Positions 12,382 through 23,814 of a stretch of 64,000 nucleotides of DNA are shown one piece after another. Under the pieces are notes generated by a model that did not search any database, had not been told where the DNA came from, and worked only from the letters and a program-made list of their open reading frames with translations. This DNA comes from Tubulanus polymorphus (Eukaryota; Animalia; Nemertea). Location of the stretch: positions 12,054,850-12,118,849 of the forward strand of contig NC_134029.1 in NCBI RefSeq assembly GCF_964204645.1. Direction: 5' to 3'. Position 1 is the first letter of the stretch, and the number at the start of each line of letters is the position of its first letter. The translations under genes were made by a program, and so were the position numbers.

Positions 12382-15300
12382 ATAGTGTATAAGTATTAAT
12401 TATAAAAAGCCATAGTCAGTTTATTTGAGATGAGTATAGAAACAACTACTATAGATTAAGTCTTTTAATAGTGTATAAGTATTTATTATCAAAAACCAAA
12501 ATCAGTCTATTTGAGATGAGTATAGAAACAACTCCTCCTATAGATTAAGTCTTTTTATAGTGAATAAGTATTAATTATCAAAAACCAGCAGTCAGTTTAT
12601 TTGAGATGAGTATAGAAACAACTCCTTCTATAGATTAAGCTTGATTATAGTGTTGAATATTAATTATCAAAAACCAAAATCAGTCTATTTGAGATGAGTA
12701 TAGAAACAACTCCTACTATCGATTAAGTCTTTTTATGGTGTATAAGTATTAATTATCAAAAACCAAAATCAGTCTATTTGAGATGAGTATAGAAACGACT
12801 CCTACTATAGATTAAGCTTTTTTATAGTGTATAAATATTAGTTATCAAAACCAGCAGTCAGTTTATTTGAGATATGTATAGAAACAACTCCCACTATAGA
12901 TAAAGCCTTTTATAGTGTATAAGTATTAATTATAGAAAGCCATAGTCAGTTTATTTGAGATTAGTATAGAAACGACTCCTACTATAGAGTAAGCTTTTTC
13001 ATTGTGTCTATTAGTCATCAAAAACTATAGTCAGTTTATTTGAGATGAGTATAGAAACGACTCCTTCTATAGATTAAGCTTGATTATAGTGTTGAATATT
13101 AATTATCAAAAACCAACAGTCAGTTTATTTTATTTAAGATGAGTATAGAAACAACTCCTACTATAGATTAAGTCTTTTTATGGTGTATAAGTATTAATTA
13201 TCAGTCTATTTGAGATGAGTATAGAAACGACTCCTACTTTAGATTAAGCTTTTTTATAGTGTATAAATATTAGTTATCATAACCAGCAGTCAGTTTATTT
13301 GAGATATGTATAGAAACAACTCCTACTATAGAGTAAGCTTTTTCATAGTGTATTATAAATATTAGTTATCAAAACCAGCAGTCAGTTTATTTGAGATATG
13401 TATAGAAACAACTCCTACTATAGATAAAGCCTTTTAATAGTGTATAAGTATTAATTATAAAAAGCCATAGTCAGTTTATTTGAGATGAGTATAGAAACAA
13501 CTCCTACTATAGATTAAGTCTTTTAATAGTGACTGTTGGTTTTTGATAATTAACATTCAACACTATAATCAAGCTTAATCTATAGAAGGAGTTGTTTCTG
13601 TACTCATCTAAAAAAAACTGACTTTAGTTTTTGATGACTAATAGACACAATGAAAAAGCTTACTCTATAGTAGGAATTGTTTCTATACTAATCTCAAATT
13701 AACTGACCTATGGTTTTTTGATGTCTAATAGACACAATAAAGAGGTTTAATCTATAGAATTAGTTGTTTCTATTCTCATCTCAAATAAACTGACTGTTGG
13801 TTTTCGATAATTATTATTTATATACTATAAAAAAAACTTAAAATCTATAGAAAGAGTCCTTCCTATACCCATGTCATATACACTGATTTGGTTTTTGATG
13901 ACAAATAGTTATACACTATAAAAAGGCTTAATCTATAGTAGGAGTTGTTTCTATACTCATCTCAAATAAACTGACTTTAGTTTTTGATGACTAATAGACA
14001 CAATGAAAAAGCTTACTCTATAGTAGGAGTCGTTTCTATACCAATCTCAAATAAACTGACTTTTGGTTTTTGATGACTAATAGACACAATAAAGAGGCTT
14101 AATCTATAGGAGTAGTTGTTACTATTCTCATCTCAAATAAACTGACTGTTGGTTTTCGATAATCAATATTTATACACTATAAAAAAAGCTTAATCTATAG
14201 AAAGAGTCGTTCCTATACTCATGTAAAATACACTGATTTGGTTTTTGATGACGAATAGTTATACACTATAAAAAGGCTTAATCTATAGTAGGAGTTGTTT
14301 CTTTACATATCTCAAATAAACTGACTATGGCTTTTTATAATTAATACTTATACACTATAAAAAGGCTTAATCTATAGTAGGAGTTGTTTCTTTACATATC
14401 TCAAATAAACTGACTATGGCTTTTTATAATTAATACTTATACACTATAAAAAGGCTTAATCTATAGTAGGAGTTGTTTCTATACATATCTCAAATAAACT
14501 GACTGCTGGTTTTGATAACTAATATTTATACACTATAAAAAAGCTTAATCTATAGTAGGAGTCGTTTCTATACTCATCTCAAATAGACTGATTTTGGTTT
14601 TCGATAATGAATACTTATACACTATAAAAAGACTTAATCTATATATAGTAGGTGTTGTTTCTATACTCATCTCAAATAAACTGAGTATGGCTTAATCTTA
14701 AGCCTAAAAAGGCTTAATCTATAGTAGGAGTTGTTTCTTTACATATCTCAAATAAACTGACTATGGCTTTTTATAATTAATACTTACACTATAAAAAGGC
14801 TTTATCTATAGTAGGAGTTGTTTATATGCATATCTCAAATAGACTGACTGTCGGTTTTTGATAACTAATATTTATACACTACAAAAAAGCTTAATCTATT
14901 GTAGGAGTTCTTTCTAATCTCATCTCAAATAAACTGACTTTGGTTTTTTATAATTAATACTTATACACTATAAAAAGACTTAATCTATAGTAGGAGTTGT
15001 TTGTATACTTATCTCAAATAAACTGACTGTTGGTATTTTGATAATCAATACTTATACACTATAAAAAGACATAATCTATAATAGGATTCGTTTCTATACT
15101 CATCTTACATAGACTGATTTTCGTTTTTGATGACTAATAGACACAATAAAGAGGCTTAATCTATAGGAGTAGTTGTTTCTATTCTCATCTCAAACAAACT
15201 GACTGTTGGTTATCGATAATTAATATTTATACACTATAAAAAAGCTTAATCTATAGAAAGAATCGTTCCGAAACTCATGTCAAATACACTGATTTGGTTC

Positions 15301-16825
15301 TTGATGACAAATAGTTATACACTATAAAAAGGCTTAATCTATAGTAGTTGTTGTTTCTATATATCTCAAATAAACTGACTGCTGGTTTTGATAACTAATA
15401 TTTATTCACTATAAAAAAGCTTAATCTATAGTAGGAGTCATTTCTATACTCATCTCAAATAGACTGATTTTGGTTTTTGATAATTGATACTTATACACTA
15501 TTAAAAGACTTAATCTATAGTAGGAGTTGTTTCTATACTCATCTAAAATAAACTGACTTTAGTTTTTGATGACTAATAGACACAATGAAAAAGCTTACTC
15601 TATAGTAGGAGTCGTTTCTATACTAATCTCAAATAAACTGACTTTTGGTATTTTGATGTCTATTAGACACAATAAAGAGGCTTAATCTATAGGAGTAGTT
15701 GTTACTATTCTCATCTCAAATAAACTGACTGTTGGTTTTCGATAATCAATATTTATACACTATAAAAAAAGCTTAATCTATAGAAAGAGTCGTATACTCA
15801 TGTAAAATACACTGATTTGGTTTTTGATGACAAATAGATATACACTATAAAAAGGCTTAATCTATAGTAGGAGTTGTTTCTATACATATCTCAAATAAAC
15901 TGACTGCTGGTTTTGATAACTAATATTTATACACTATAAAAAAGCTTAATCTATAGTAGGAGTCGTTTCTATACTCATCTCAAATAGACTGATTTTGGTT
16001 TTCGATAATGAATACTTATACACTATAAAAAGACTTAATCTATATATAGTAGGAGTTGTTTCTATACTCATCTCAAATAAACTGAGTATGGCTTTTTATA
16101 ATTAATACTTACACTATAAAAAGGCTTTATCTATAGTAGGAGTTGTTTATATACAAATCTCAAATAGACTGACTGTTGGTTTTTGATAACTAATATTTAT
16201 ACACTACAAAAAAGCTTAATCTATAGTAGGAGTTCTTTCTAATCTCATCTCAAATAAACTGACTTTGGTTTTTTATAATTAATACTTATATACTATAAAA
16301 AGACTTAATCTATAGTAGGAGTTGTTTGTATACTTATCTCAAATAAACTGACTGTTGGTATTTTGATAATCAATACTTATACACTATAAAAAGACATAAT
16401 CTATAGTAGGAGTTGTTTCTATACTCATCTCAAATAAACTGACTTTGGTTTTTGATAATTAATACTTATTCACTATAAAAAGATTTAATCTATAGTAGGA
16501 GTTGTTTCTATACTCATCTCAAGTAAACTGACTTTGGTGTTTGATAATTAATACATATACAATATTAAAAGACTTAATCTAGGCCTATATAAGGAGTTGT
16601 TTCTATACTTAGGCTATCTCAAATAAACTGACTTTGTTTTTTGATAACTAATATTTATACACAATTACAAGAGCCCCAAGGGGCACTATGGCAAACGTGT
16701 CAACTTTTCATAAAATGGCAAATGATGATGCATTTTGTGGGTTAAATTTGTCCAAATACACTCCCAGCTCATAGACTAGTCAATCCCAGGCTAATAATTT
16801 ACACTATTCAATTGTGTTTTCATAA

Positions 16826-17605
16826 AGGCTGACTTATGTTGACAAGCAACGCGACGCCTACCGACGCAACTGGGTTTATCGCCGATTAGCGGCAACTAGC
16901 GGCCTACGAGAGGCTGCCAGTTGCTGCTCTATCGGTTCGACATAAGCCGGCTTGCGACGGCAACCCGACGCCTACTGACTCGTCGCAAGCCATATCCGGC
17001 TAGTTGCCCATGTTCTACTCCGGACAGTTGCTTTCGATCACAACCGACATAAGCTCATCTGCGACGCGACGGAACTGAGCGCAAGGGTTCCAGCCAATAA
17101 GAGGCCGCAAATACATAGTACAAATTATGACCGCTAGTTAGCGTCATTCGTAATTAGTCATAAACTTTCAAATTCAAGTAGTTCGAAAAGTTCAAAGTTT
17201 CAGCACGGCAGATGACTGGACTGAAGATCGAGAAGCGAAATTGGTAGAATTATGGTGTGAGCGGCAATCTTTATATGATGTCGCTAGCTCATTGTATTCA
17301 AAACAGAATCAGAAAGATAAAGATCTTAAAGAAATAGCTTTTCTAATGGAAACGTTTTTCCCAATAATTCAAAATAAATCAAATTTATTCTCAAATACTT
17401 ATCACGTGACCATCTGGGCCCTTGCAGTTGCCAGTAATCGTAACCGACATAAGCAAGGAAGCAACTGGGAGGATCTCGTATCCCGATAGTCGGCCTCAGT
17501 TACTGCAAATCGGAGCGCAGTCGACATAAGCTGGGCTGCGATCGCTGTCTGTTGCGTCGGTAGGAGTCGGTAGGCGTCGCATTGCTTGTCGACATAAGCC
17601 AGCCT
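16826..17605 (+). mobile_element. Non-autonomous PIF/Harbinger element with a MADF (Myb/SANT) gene remnant
   Basis: ~45-bp TIRs AGGCTGACTTATGTTGACAAGCAACGCGACGCCTACCGAC; TAA TSD on both sides; internal frame reads DDWTEDREAKLVELWCERQSLYDVASSLYSKQNQKDKDLKEIA. Confidence 0.85.
17210..17345 (+). pseudogene. MADF/Myb-SANT DNA-binding domain fragment (Harbinger ORF2)
   Basis: W-x7-LVELW-x4-LYD-x5-Y pattern typical of the MADF N-terminal half. Confidence 0.75.
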
Positions 17606-18165
17606 TAAGTAGCACAAACAGTGACTCGAGCTGGCAGGAACAAATACCTCTGATTTTCCTTGGTCTTATTGATTTGAATGCGGAATAGAATTGAATTTTC
17701 TGAAATTTGCTCGATAAAACAAAATTGAATTGGATTTGCTGTTTGACCTTGTTCAATAAAGTAAAATTGAATTGGATATTTTTTGCAGAATACAATTGGA
17801 ATGAATTTGCAGTTTGAGCACATGGCTAATTAGCATATCCAGGTCATCCATCCGATTTGAGAAAAAGCTATTTTTCCTTGACTTTGCACAATTGTCAATT
17901 ATATTTTCTGTAGTGCAAATAAAAATATTCCTTCACAGGGGTTGGAGAATGGATAATGCTCTAATGAATGATTTGTATGAATATATGCTCAGTTGCACAA
18001 AGAGCCTTTAATCTGGAAACCATGTCATTTAAATTCGCTCCATTTGTTTAGTAATAGACTCAGCCTATGGCTGGCCTAAAAAGACTTAATCTCGAAGGAG
18101 TCGCTTCTACACTCATCTCAAATAAACTGACTGTTGGTTTTTGATAATTAATATTCAAACACTAT

Positions 18166-18360
18166 AACTAGGGGTCCAGGGACACCATGTCCACTTAGAA
18201 AGTGGTTTCAATTGCTCAACTATCTAACAATTTCAATATTCAACACCCCCTGGTGACCATATTCAAAAACCAATGACCTCAAAACTCACCAATCATAGAA
18301 CATGTCAGCAGCTACGATTTTGTAATTGATTGTGATAACAAAATAAGCCTCATTACCAAT
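18166..18360 (-). mobile_element. HINE family A 3' end fragment
   Basis: Reverse complement of 47100-47289 (AACTAGGGGTCCAGGGACACCATG...). Confidence 0.8.
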
Positions 18361-19574
18361 CTACTATGGAAATACTAGGAGTCATTTCTATACTAGTAAC
18401 TCAGGACTAACTAGGACTCAGTAACGACTTACCTATTTCATGGCTGACAACTTTCACGTCGAAATTGTGTTTTGGGAGAGGTGACAAGACCTTTCCCCTT
18501 CCGATCTTTTTGATCTCCTCATTGTTTATTCTGAAAATGTAAAAAAAAACTGATTTAGCATAGGCGCCTTAATGATAACGATGGAAATTACAAAATTGCA
18601 TAGAGCTTCATGATGTTCAATCATCATATAGGCCTACATGTAGGCCTACCAATATAGGCCGAAGTGCACAACATTGTTCATACAGAAGGAAATCAAATGA
18701 GACTTCTCATAGTTACTTATCAAACTGCCAGAGCCATGAGAGCAGATACTGTGCTTAATTGAAACCATAATCTTAGAACATGTCACAAGCTTACAATTTA
18801 ACAATTGATTGTGGAAATTGTGATCGAAATTCAACAGATGTCATTTTCAAGACTGATGACACTTAAGATGTTGGCCAATTGCACGATAATTGACTGATTG
18901 CAAAAGCGCTCAAATATGATCTCTTCTCAAAGAATATCCATTACGGTAAAGATTCTAATAAAAAATGCAAAACCACTAGGAAGCTGCTGTCTCAGCATTC
19001 AGAGCAAAATTTACATTTTTGGGCAAATGACCACCACCACACATCCACTCGACTCAATTTGCCTTATGCTGATGGGCCTTGGGGGGATACAATTATCGCT
19101 GAAAGATTAAGACAATGAATTGATTTCAACATTTGCCTTGAAAACATCAAAAATGTTTAAAAAGTGCTGATTTCAGTGAACAAAATGGCCACCAGTTGGC
19201 CATCTTGTTTCTGACCGTGCCAATTTTTTCGGCTGAAGATGTACCTACGGTGGGCCTAGATGCATGTTTAATTTCAATTCCTAAACGATCAATTGAAAAC
19301 TTCTTCCAATTCTTAAATAGCTTGAGTCCAACTACTGACCCGCATAGGCCTAAGCACAAACGAAAACTTTAAGTGAACGCAATAACCTCAAGTCCAAGTA
19401 GTCTAAAAACTACTGAAAAGTGCGGATTTCGGCAAACAACAATGGCTGCCAGTTGCCCATCTTGAATATGATCGGGCCAGTTTTTAGGCTGCAGATGGTG
19501 TCGGTTCAACTCTGGATTAGGTCAATATAGTTCTGTCATGGTGGGTTTTCTTTTATGAAGTGAGTGGTTCGGTT

Positions 19575-20340
19575 CCTGATTTTCGACCGATTCTACTCCT
19601 CGACAATGTCTACAATCTAATTGTCGATCGATTCTACCTGTCGACAATGTCTACAATCTGATTGTCGACCGATTCTAGCCTATCCGTCGACAATGTCTAC
19701 AATCTGACTGTCGTCCGATTCTACTCATCGACAATGTCAACAATCCTGATTGACTGTTAATCAAATGATTGCAGACAGTGTTGATGAGTAGAATTGGTCG
19801 ACAATCAGGATTGTAGACATTGTCGACGAGTAAAATCAGCCAAAATTTAGGATTAAAATCGGTCGACGATTAGAATTATTCCAATAGCTCAACTCCAGAA
19901 CAGGTAAAAGTAGATAGGCCTATGTGCAGAATCTAATCACATCAGACTGATAGGCCCTATTTGAAATTAATCCGCCTGAACTATAGGCCTATTGAACTGA
20001 TTCTAATCATCAACCGATTTTGCTTCTCGACAATGTCTACAATCCTAAATTTTGGCCGATTCTACTCATCGACAATGTCTACAATCCTGATTCTTACCAA
20101 TTCTTCTCGTCGACACTGTCTGCAATCCTGACTGTAAATCAATTTCTGCGTGTAAGGCTGTGTGTGTGTGGATTAACCTTATAGTGTCTATAAAGTGGCT
20201 GGGATCGAGGGTCACCTACCTCCATCAGTTGATTTTCACAATCAGGGTTGTAAACATTGTCGATGAGTAGAATTGGTCGTCAATCAGGATTGTAGACATT
20301 TTCGTCGAGTACAATCAGTCACCAATCAGATTAATGAATA
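19575..20340. repeat. ~39-40 bp minisatellite in alternating orientations
   Basis: Unit approx. TCGACCGATTCTACTCATCGACAATGTCTACAATCCTGATTG. Forward ~19575-19760, reverse ~19770-19880, forward ~20000-20140, reverse ~20240-20340. Confidence 0.85.
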
Positions 20341-21266
20341 GACAAGTACGATCAGCCGACAAACAGGATTTTAGAACTAGGCCTAGGGCTAGGCCTGTTT
20401 AAGATAGACTTGACTTCGACTGAATTCAGATGCTTATGCTTACCCAGAAAATTAAGTGACAGGCCTAGGCCTATCCCAAAAAGATCACTGTCAATCAAAA
20501 ACAAATAGACTTTAGGTCGCAATGGGATCCGATACGGCAAGCAACATTGCGGCTTACTCGATAGCCGATACTCACTCTCTCCTCTACTTTACTATACTAG
20601 ATTGAAGATAATCTCTTCTTCTAACCAAAAAAGGCCTCGGCGAATTCGGCCCTAAATGGGGAATAATTGCTTTCTCAAGGTACCACGGAGCACCGGTTCG
20701 GCTGAAAGACGTTTTTACATTAGATGAATAAGAAGAGACACTTCTAACCTACCTGTGATTAGGCCTACCAACGAAATTTAGCAAAATTCAGGGAGAACAG
20801 CCGCCGCCATTATCAACGGTTATCAACGGTTTGGTTATCAATTCAATTCAATTCACCGGCTCTGATTCGAGTTATCCGACTTCGTTCTTAGGTGCTACAT
20901 TTTCTTTACACCGCTTTGTTGGTAAACGTAGATAGCTGTAGGGTAATTGAGACGCTGAAAACTTTTTAGAACTGCGTGTGCGACAGCTTAATTTTAGAAC
21001 TATTTTCATAGTGCATGTCGACCTACTAGAGTAGTGCGCCGCCAAGTTCGAGATTCGGCCGCCAGAGGCACCACCGTATGATGCGATGTATATATTTTCG
21101 GTATGAAACTCGATTACGCGAACTACCCTAAAACGAATCTGCCATCTATCTTCAGATGATTTAAGTCAAAATCTGGTGCGCGTTCTTTTGGCTGACGCGC
21201 TATAAAAATCTGGCGCACAACAAAGGTTTTAAATTGAAAAAGAGCGCGTATCTCGGAAATATGGAA

Positions 21267-21267
<1 letters not shown>

Positions 21268-21318
<51 letters not shown>
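21268..21318. repeat. (TA)n microsatellite
   Basis: About 25 perfect TA units. Confidence 0.99.
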
Positions 21319-21322
<4 letters not shown>

Positions 21323-21417
21323 ATCTATATATACTGATGTAAAATAACAGCAGGGCAACCTGAAACCAAAAAATTAATTTGACGCCTGCGAAAAAATGTA
21401 GAATTTCTCTAATGTGG

Positions 21418-21502
21418 AATTGCAAATTTGAAATCGAATTTTTAAGAAATTTGGGGAATTATGAGATTTGGCGATTGGGTAGATGATACAGGTCTTCGAC
21501 TG
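21418..21502 (+). repeat. Unclassified interspersed repeat fragment (second copy ~45617-45700; 22010-22070 also matches 46030-46091)
   Basis: Direct sequence similarity between the copies. Confidence 0.7.
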
Positions 21503-22619
21503 GTCTAAAAAAAAAATGTTAACTTGCGACCGACTTCGATTCACTTTTGCCACTAAGCTGGTCTGCAACTTCATTGCCTCCATGGTTGAAGAAAGAGCTC
21601 TTCTGATGCCTGCTTCATCATGACTTAGAGCATATCGTGTAGCCAGCCGGCCCGGTCCGGCTGTCACGCGATATCCTAGACTTGAGTCTGGGTTGAAGTA
21701 GACATTGTCATTTAAATAACTTATTCATGTTATTCTGTATGAATTACACGTGTGTCTTGTATTTTCTATTTTCTTATTTTAAAATTTGAAACTTTATTGA
21801 ATTTGGGAATATTATCCCGGAATTTCAATGTGATAAGGATCAATAAAGAATTGAATTGTCACCTAATACACATGCCAACAGTGGACGCAGAGCCGTATAT
21901 GACAGCTAGGCTATTATAAATTGCTTATCTCATGAATCCTGCATACCCCTTATATCGAACATATTTTCTAAAACATTTGAATATTGAAATTATATGTTTA
22001 CACGTTTTTATATTGACCGCTTGTAGCCGCCAATGAAATTCACGCCGGCCCTACACAGATCGTAGATAGCTTTGTCATTCCACCAGCATCCCCATGTCAG
22101 AGTCTGACTTTTATATCAGACTTCCAAATCGTGTATACATTCGCCAATTAACTGAATAATCCGATTTACTTATCATTTCTATTCATGCCCGCCGCTTCTG
22201 ATATAATCATACATCCTTTACTATTACAATAAGTCTTCTCATGATATTCAATGCAATATAACATTTCGACGTTCAAATAGAGGTCATTATATAATCACAG
22301 GAAGCCATTCTGCATCTTTGTCAATAATATTTTGCCAAATAGCTTGTATGTGTACACATAGACCTGTGACGTTTTGCACACCGATTTATGGTTGTCGTTT
22401 GTAAAATGGCGCTAAATGGTTAACATTGTTAAGGTTTCATAATGGTAACGTTTTATAAGGCGTCAAAAAAGCAAAGCTTATAGTATCAGGCACCCTAAAA
22501 GGAAAACAAAATAAGGAAAACAAAAAAACACACATATTCACACATGGTTCATGCATACACACGCATATATACTTTCAGACGGGCGCAATACTAGATTTCA
22601 AACTATGTTCACATGAGTT

Positions 22620-23680
22620 AGTAATTGTCCATGATGGACTTCTTTAAATTGCTTTTGAAAGAACAGAGATTTTTAGATAGTTTGAACTTAGGATTCAAAG
22701 TGTTCCAAAGTCTTGGACCTTTCGATCTTAATGAATTGTTGGTTCTTGGTTGGTTCTTGAATATGGGATTACAAAATTGATACCAGTACTATTTCTAGTG
22801 TTGTGGCTGTGAATTTGTGAATTATGTAAAAAGAAATCATCGAAGGCTTTAGGGACATCATTTTTATTATATAAGTACATGAACTGGCAAATTTGTAGTT
22901 TGTTGATATCCTCTAATTTCAATAGTTTGTACTTTTTGAATAAAGGTGACGTGTGCGCTAAGTAGCCGCTTCCAGTAATTGCTCTAAACGCTTTCTTTTG
23001 AAATACCACAAGACAGTTAAGATTAGTAGTGGTATTATTTGCATAGTCATGTTACAATAATGAATGTATGGATGAATAAGAGAATAGTACAATTTTAGGA
23101 GAACAGATCGTGGAACAAAATATGATAAGCGTCAGATGATACCATTACCTTGTGCCACTTTCTTCGCAATATGTTGTATATCGGCTTTCCAATTTGAATG
23201 ATCAATTTGGACTCCTACATATTTGGTGTTACTTACTTTTTGGAAAGGTACATCTCCGAGATATATTCGGTAGTCCTTTTTTCGTAGCTCTACTAAACAC
23301 CATGAAATGTGTTTTGTCAAGATTTAATGAAAGTTTATTTGACTTAAACCAGACATCCAAATTTGCAAGTTAAAAATTGACAGTTCTCTCCAAAATTCTG
23401 TACTCTTTATGAGAAGCAAAGATATAAGTATCATCCGCGAACATTATAGTGTGAAAAATGGCTGACGCATTGGGGCAGTCGTTAATGTACAATATAAAGA
23501 GTAGAGGACCCAAGATCGATCCTTGTGGGGCTCCACATATTATGTTTTATCTCCATATTTTACACACTGAAGTCGGTTACAAAGATAATTTTTAAACCAG
23601 ATATTAGCTAAACATCTGATACCATAGTGTTCAATTTTGGTTAATAGTATTGCATGATATATGCTATCAAAAGCTTTAGA
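22620..23680 (-). mobile_element. Degenerate CR1/L2-clade LINE, 3' part of ORF2 (RT)
   Basis: Minus strand encodes GAPQGSILGPLLFILYINDCPN...MFADDT (~23430-23535) and QKKAFRAIT...HTSPLFK...HSHNTRN (22728-23009); multiple frameshifts. Confidence 0.88.
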
Positions 23681-23814
23681 TCAATTATAGCGCTATTGGT
23701 GGCCATCTTGGTGTCATCAGTACTCATTCGTAGGTGGGAAAAAGTTTTTCGACATTATATTGATACCTAAGCATATTTTGTTACCGCAATGAATTAGGAA
23801 GTTGTAGCTTATAA

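Larger units (their letters stand above)
16667..18082 (-). mobile_element. Helentron-type non-autonomous element family B, inserted in the satellite end and interrupted by a Harbinger derivative
   Basis: The minus-strand 5' end TTTTAGGCCAGCCATAGGCTGAG matches 63862-64000. The 3' hairpin end matches 1850-1967. Satellite sequence lies on both sides. Confidence 0.7.
2030..18165. repeat. AT-rich satellite array, ~85-91 bp monomer (consensus approx. TAATCTATAGTAGGAGTTGTTTCTATACTCATCTCAAATAAACTGACTGTTGGTTTTTGATAATTAATACTTATACACTATAAAAAGGCT), interrupted by a BEL element and by HINE/Harbinger insertions
   Basis: Monomer starts at 2546, 2631, 2722, 2812, 2901 and onward. Orientation is forward 2030-5074, reverse 5074-6192 and 12382-13531, and forward 13530-16665, with a remnant monomer at 18083-18165. 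Monomers are degenerate at the left edge. Confidence 0.97.

Noticed and set aside
2030-16665. CRISPR-like array (conserved ~48-bp part alternating with a more variable ~40-bp part)
   Set aside because: The variable parts are homologous to each other and recur in cycles; there are no cas genes and the context is eukaryotic. It is a satellite.
21123-21425. ORF with a YIYIYI run
   Set aside because: Translation artefact of the (TA)n microsatellite.
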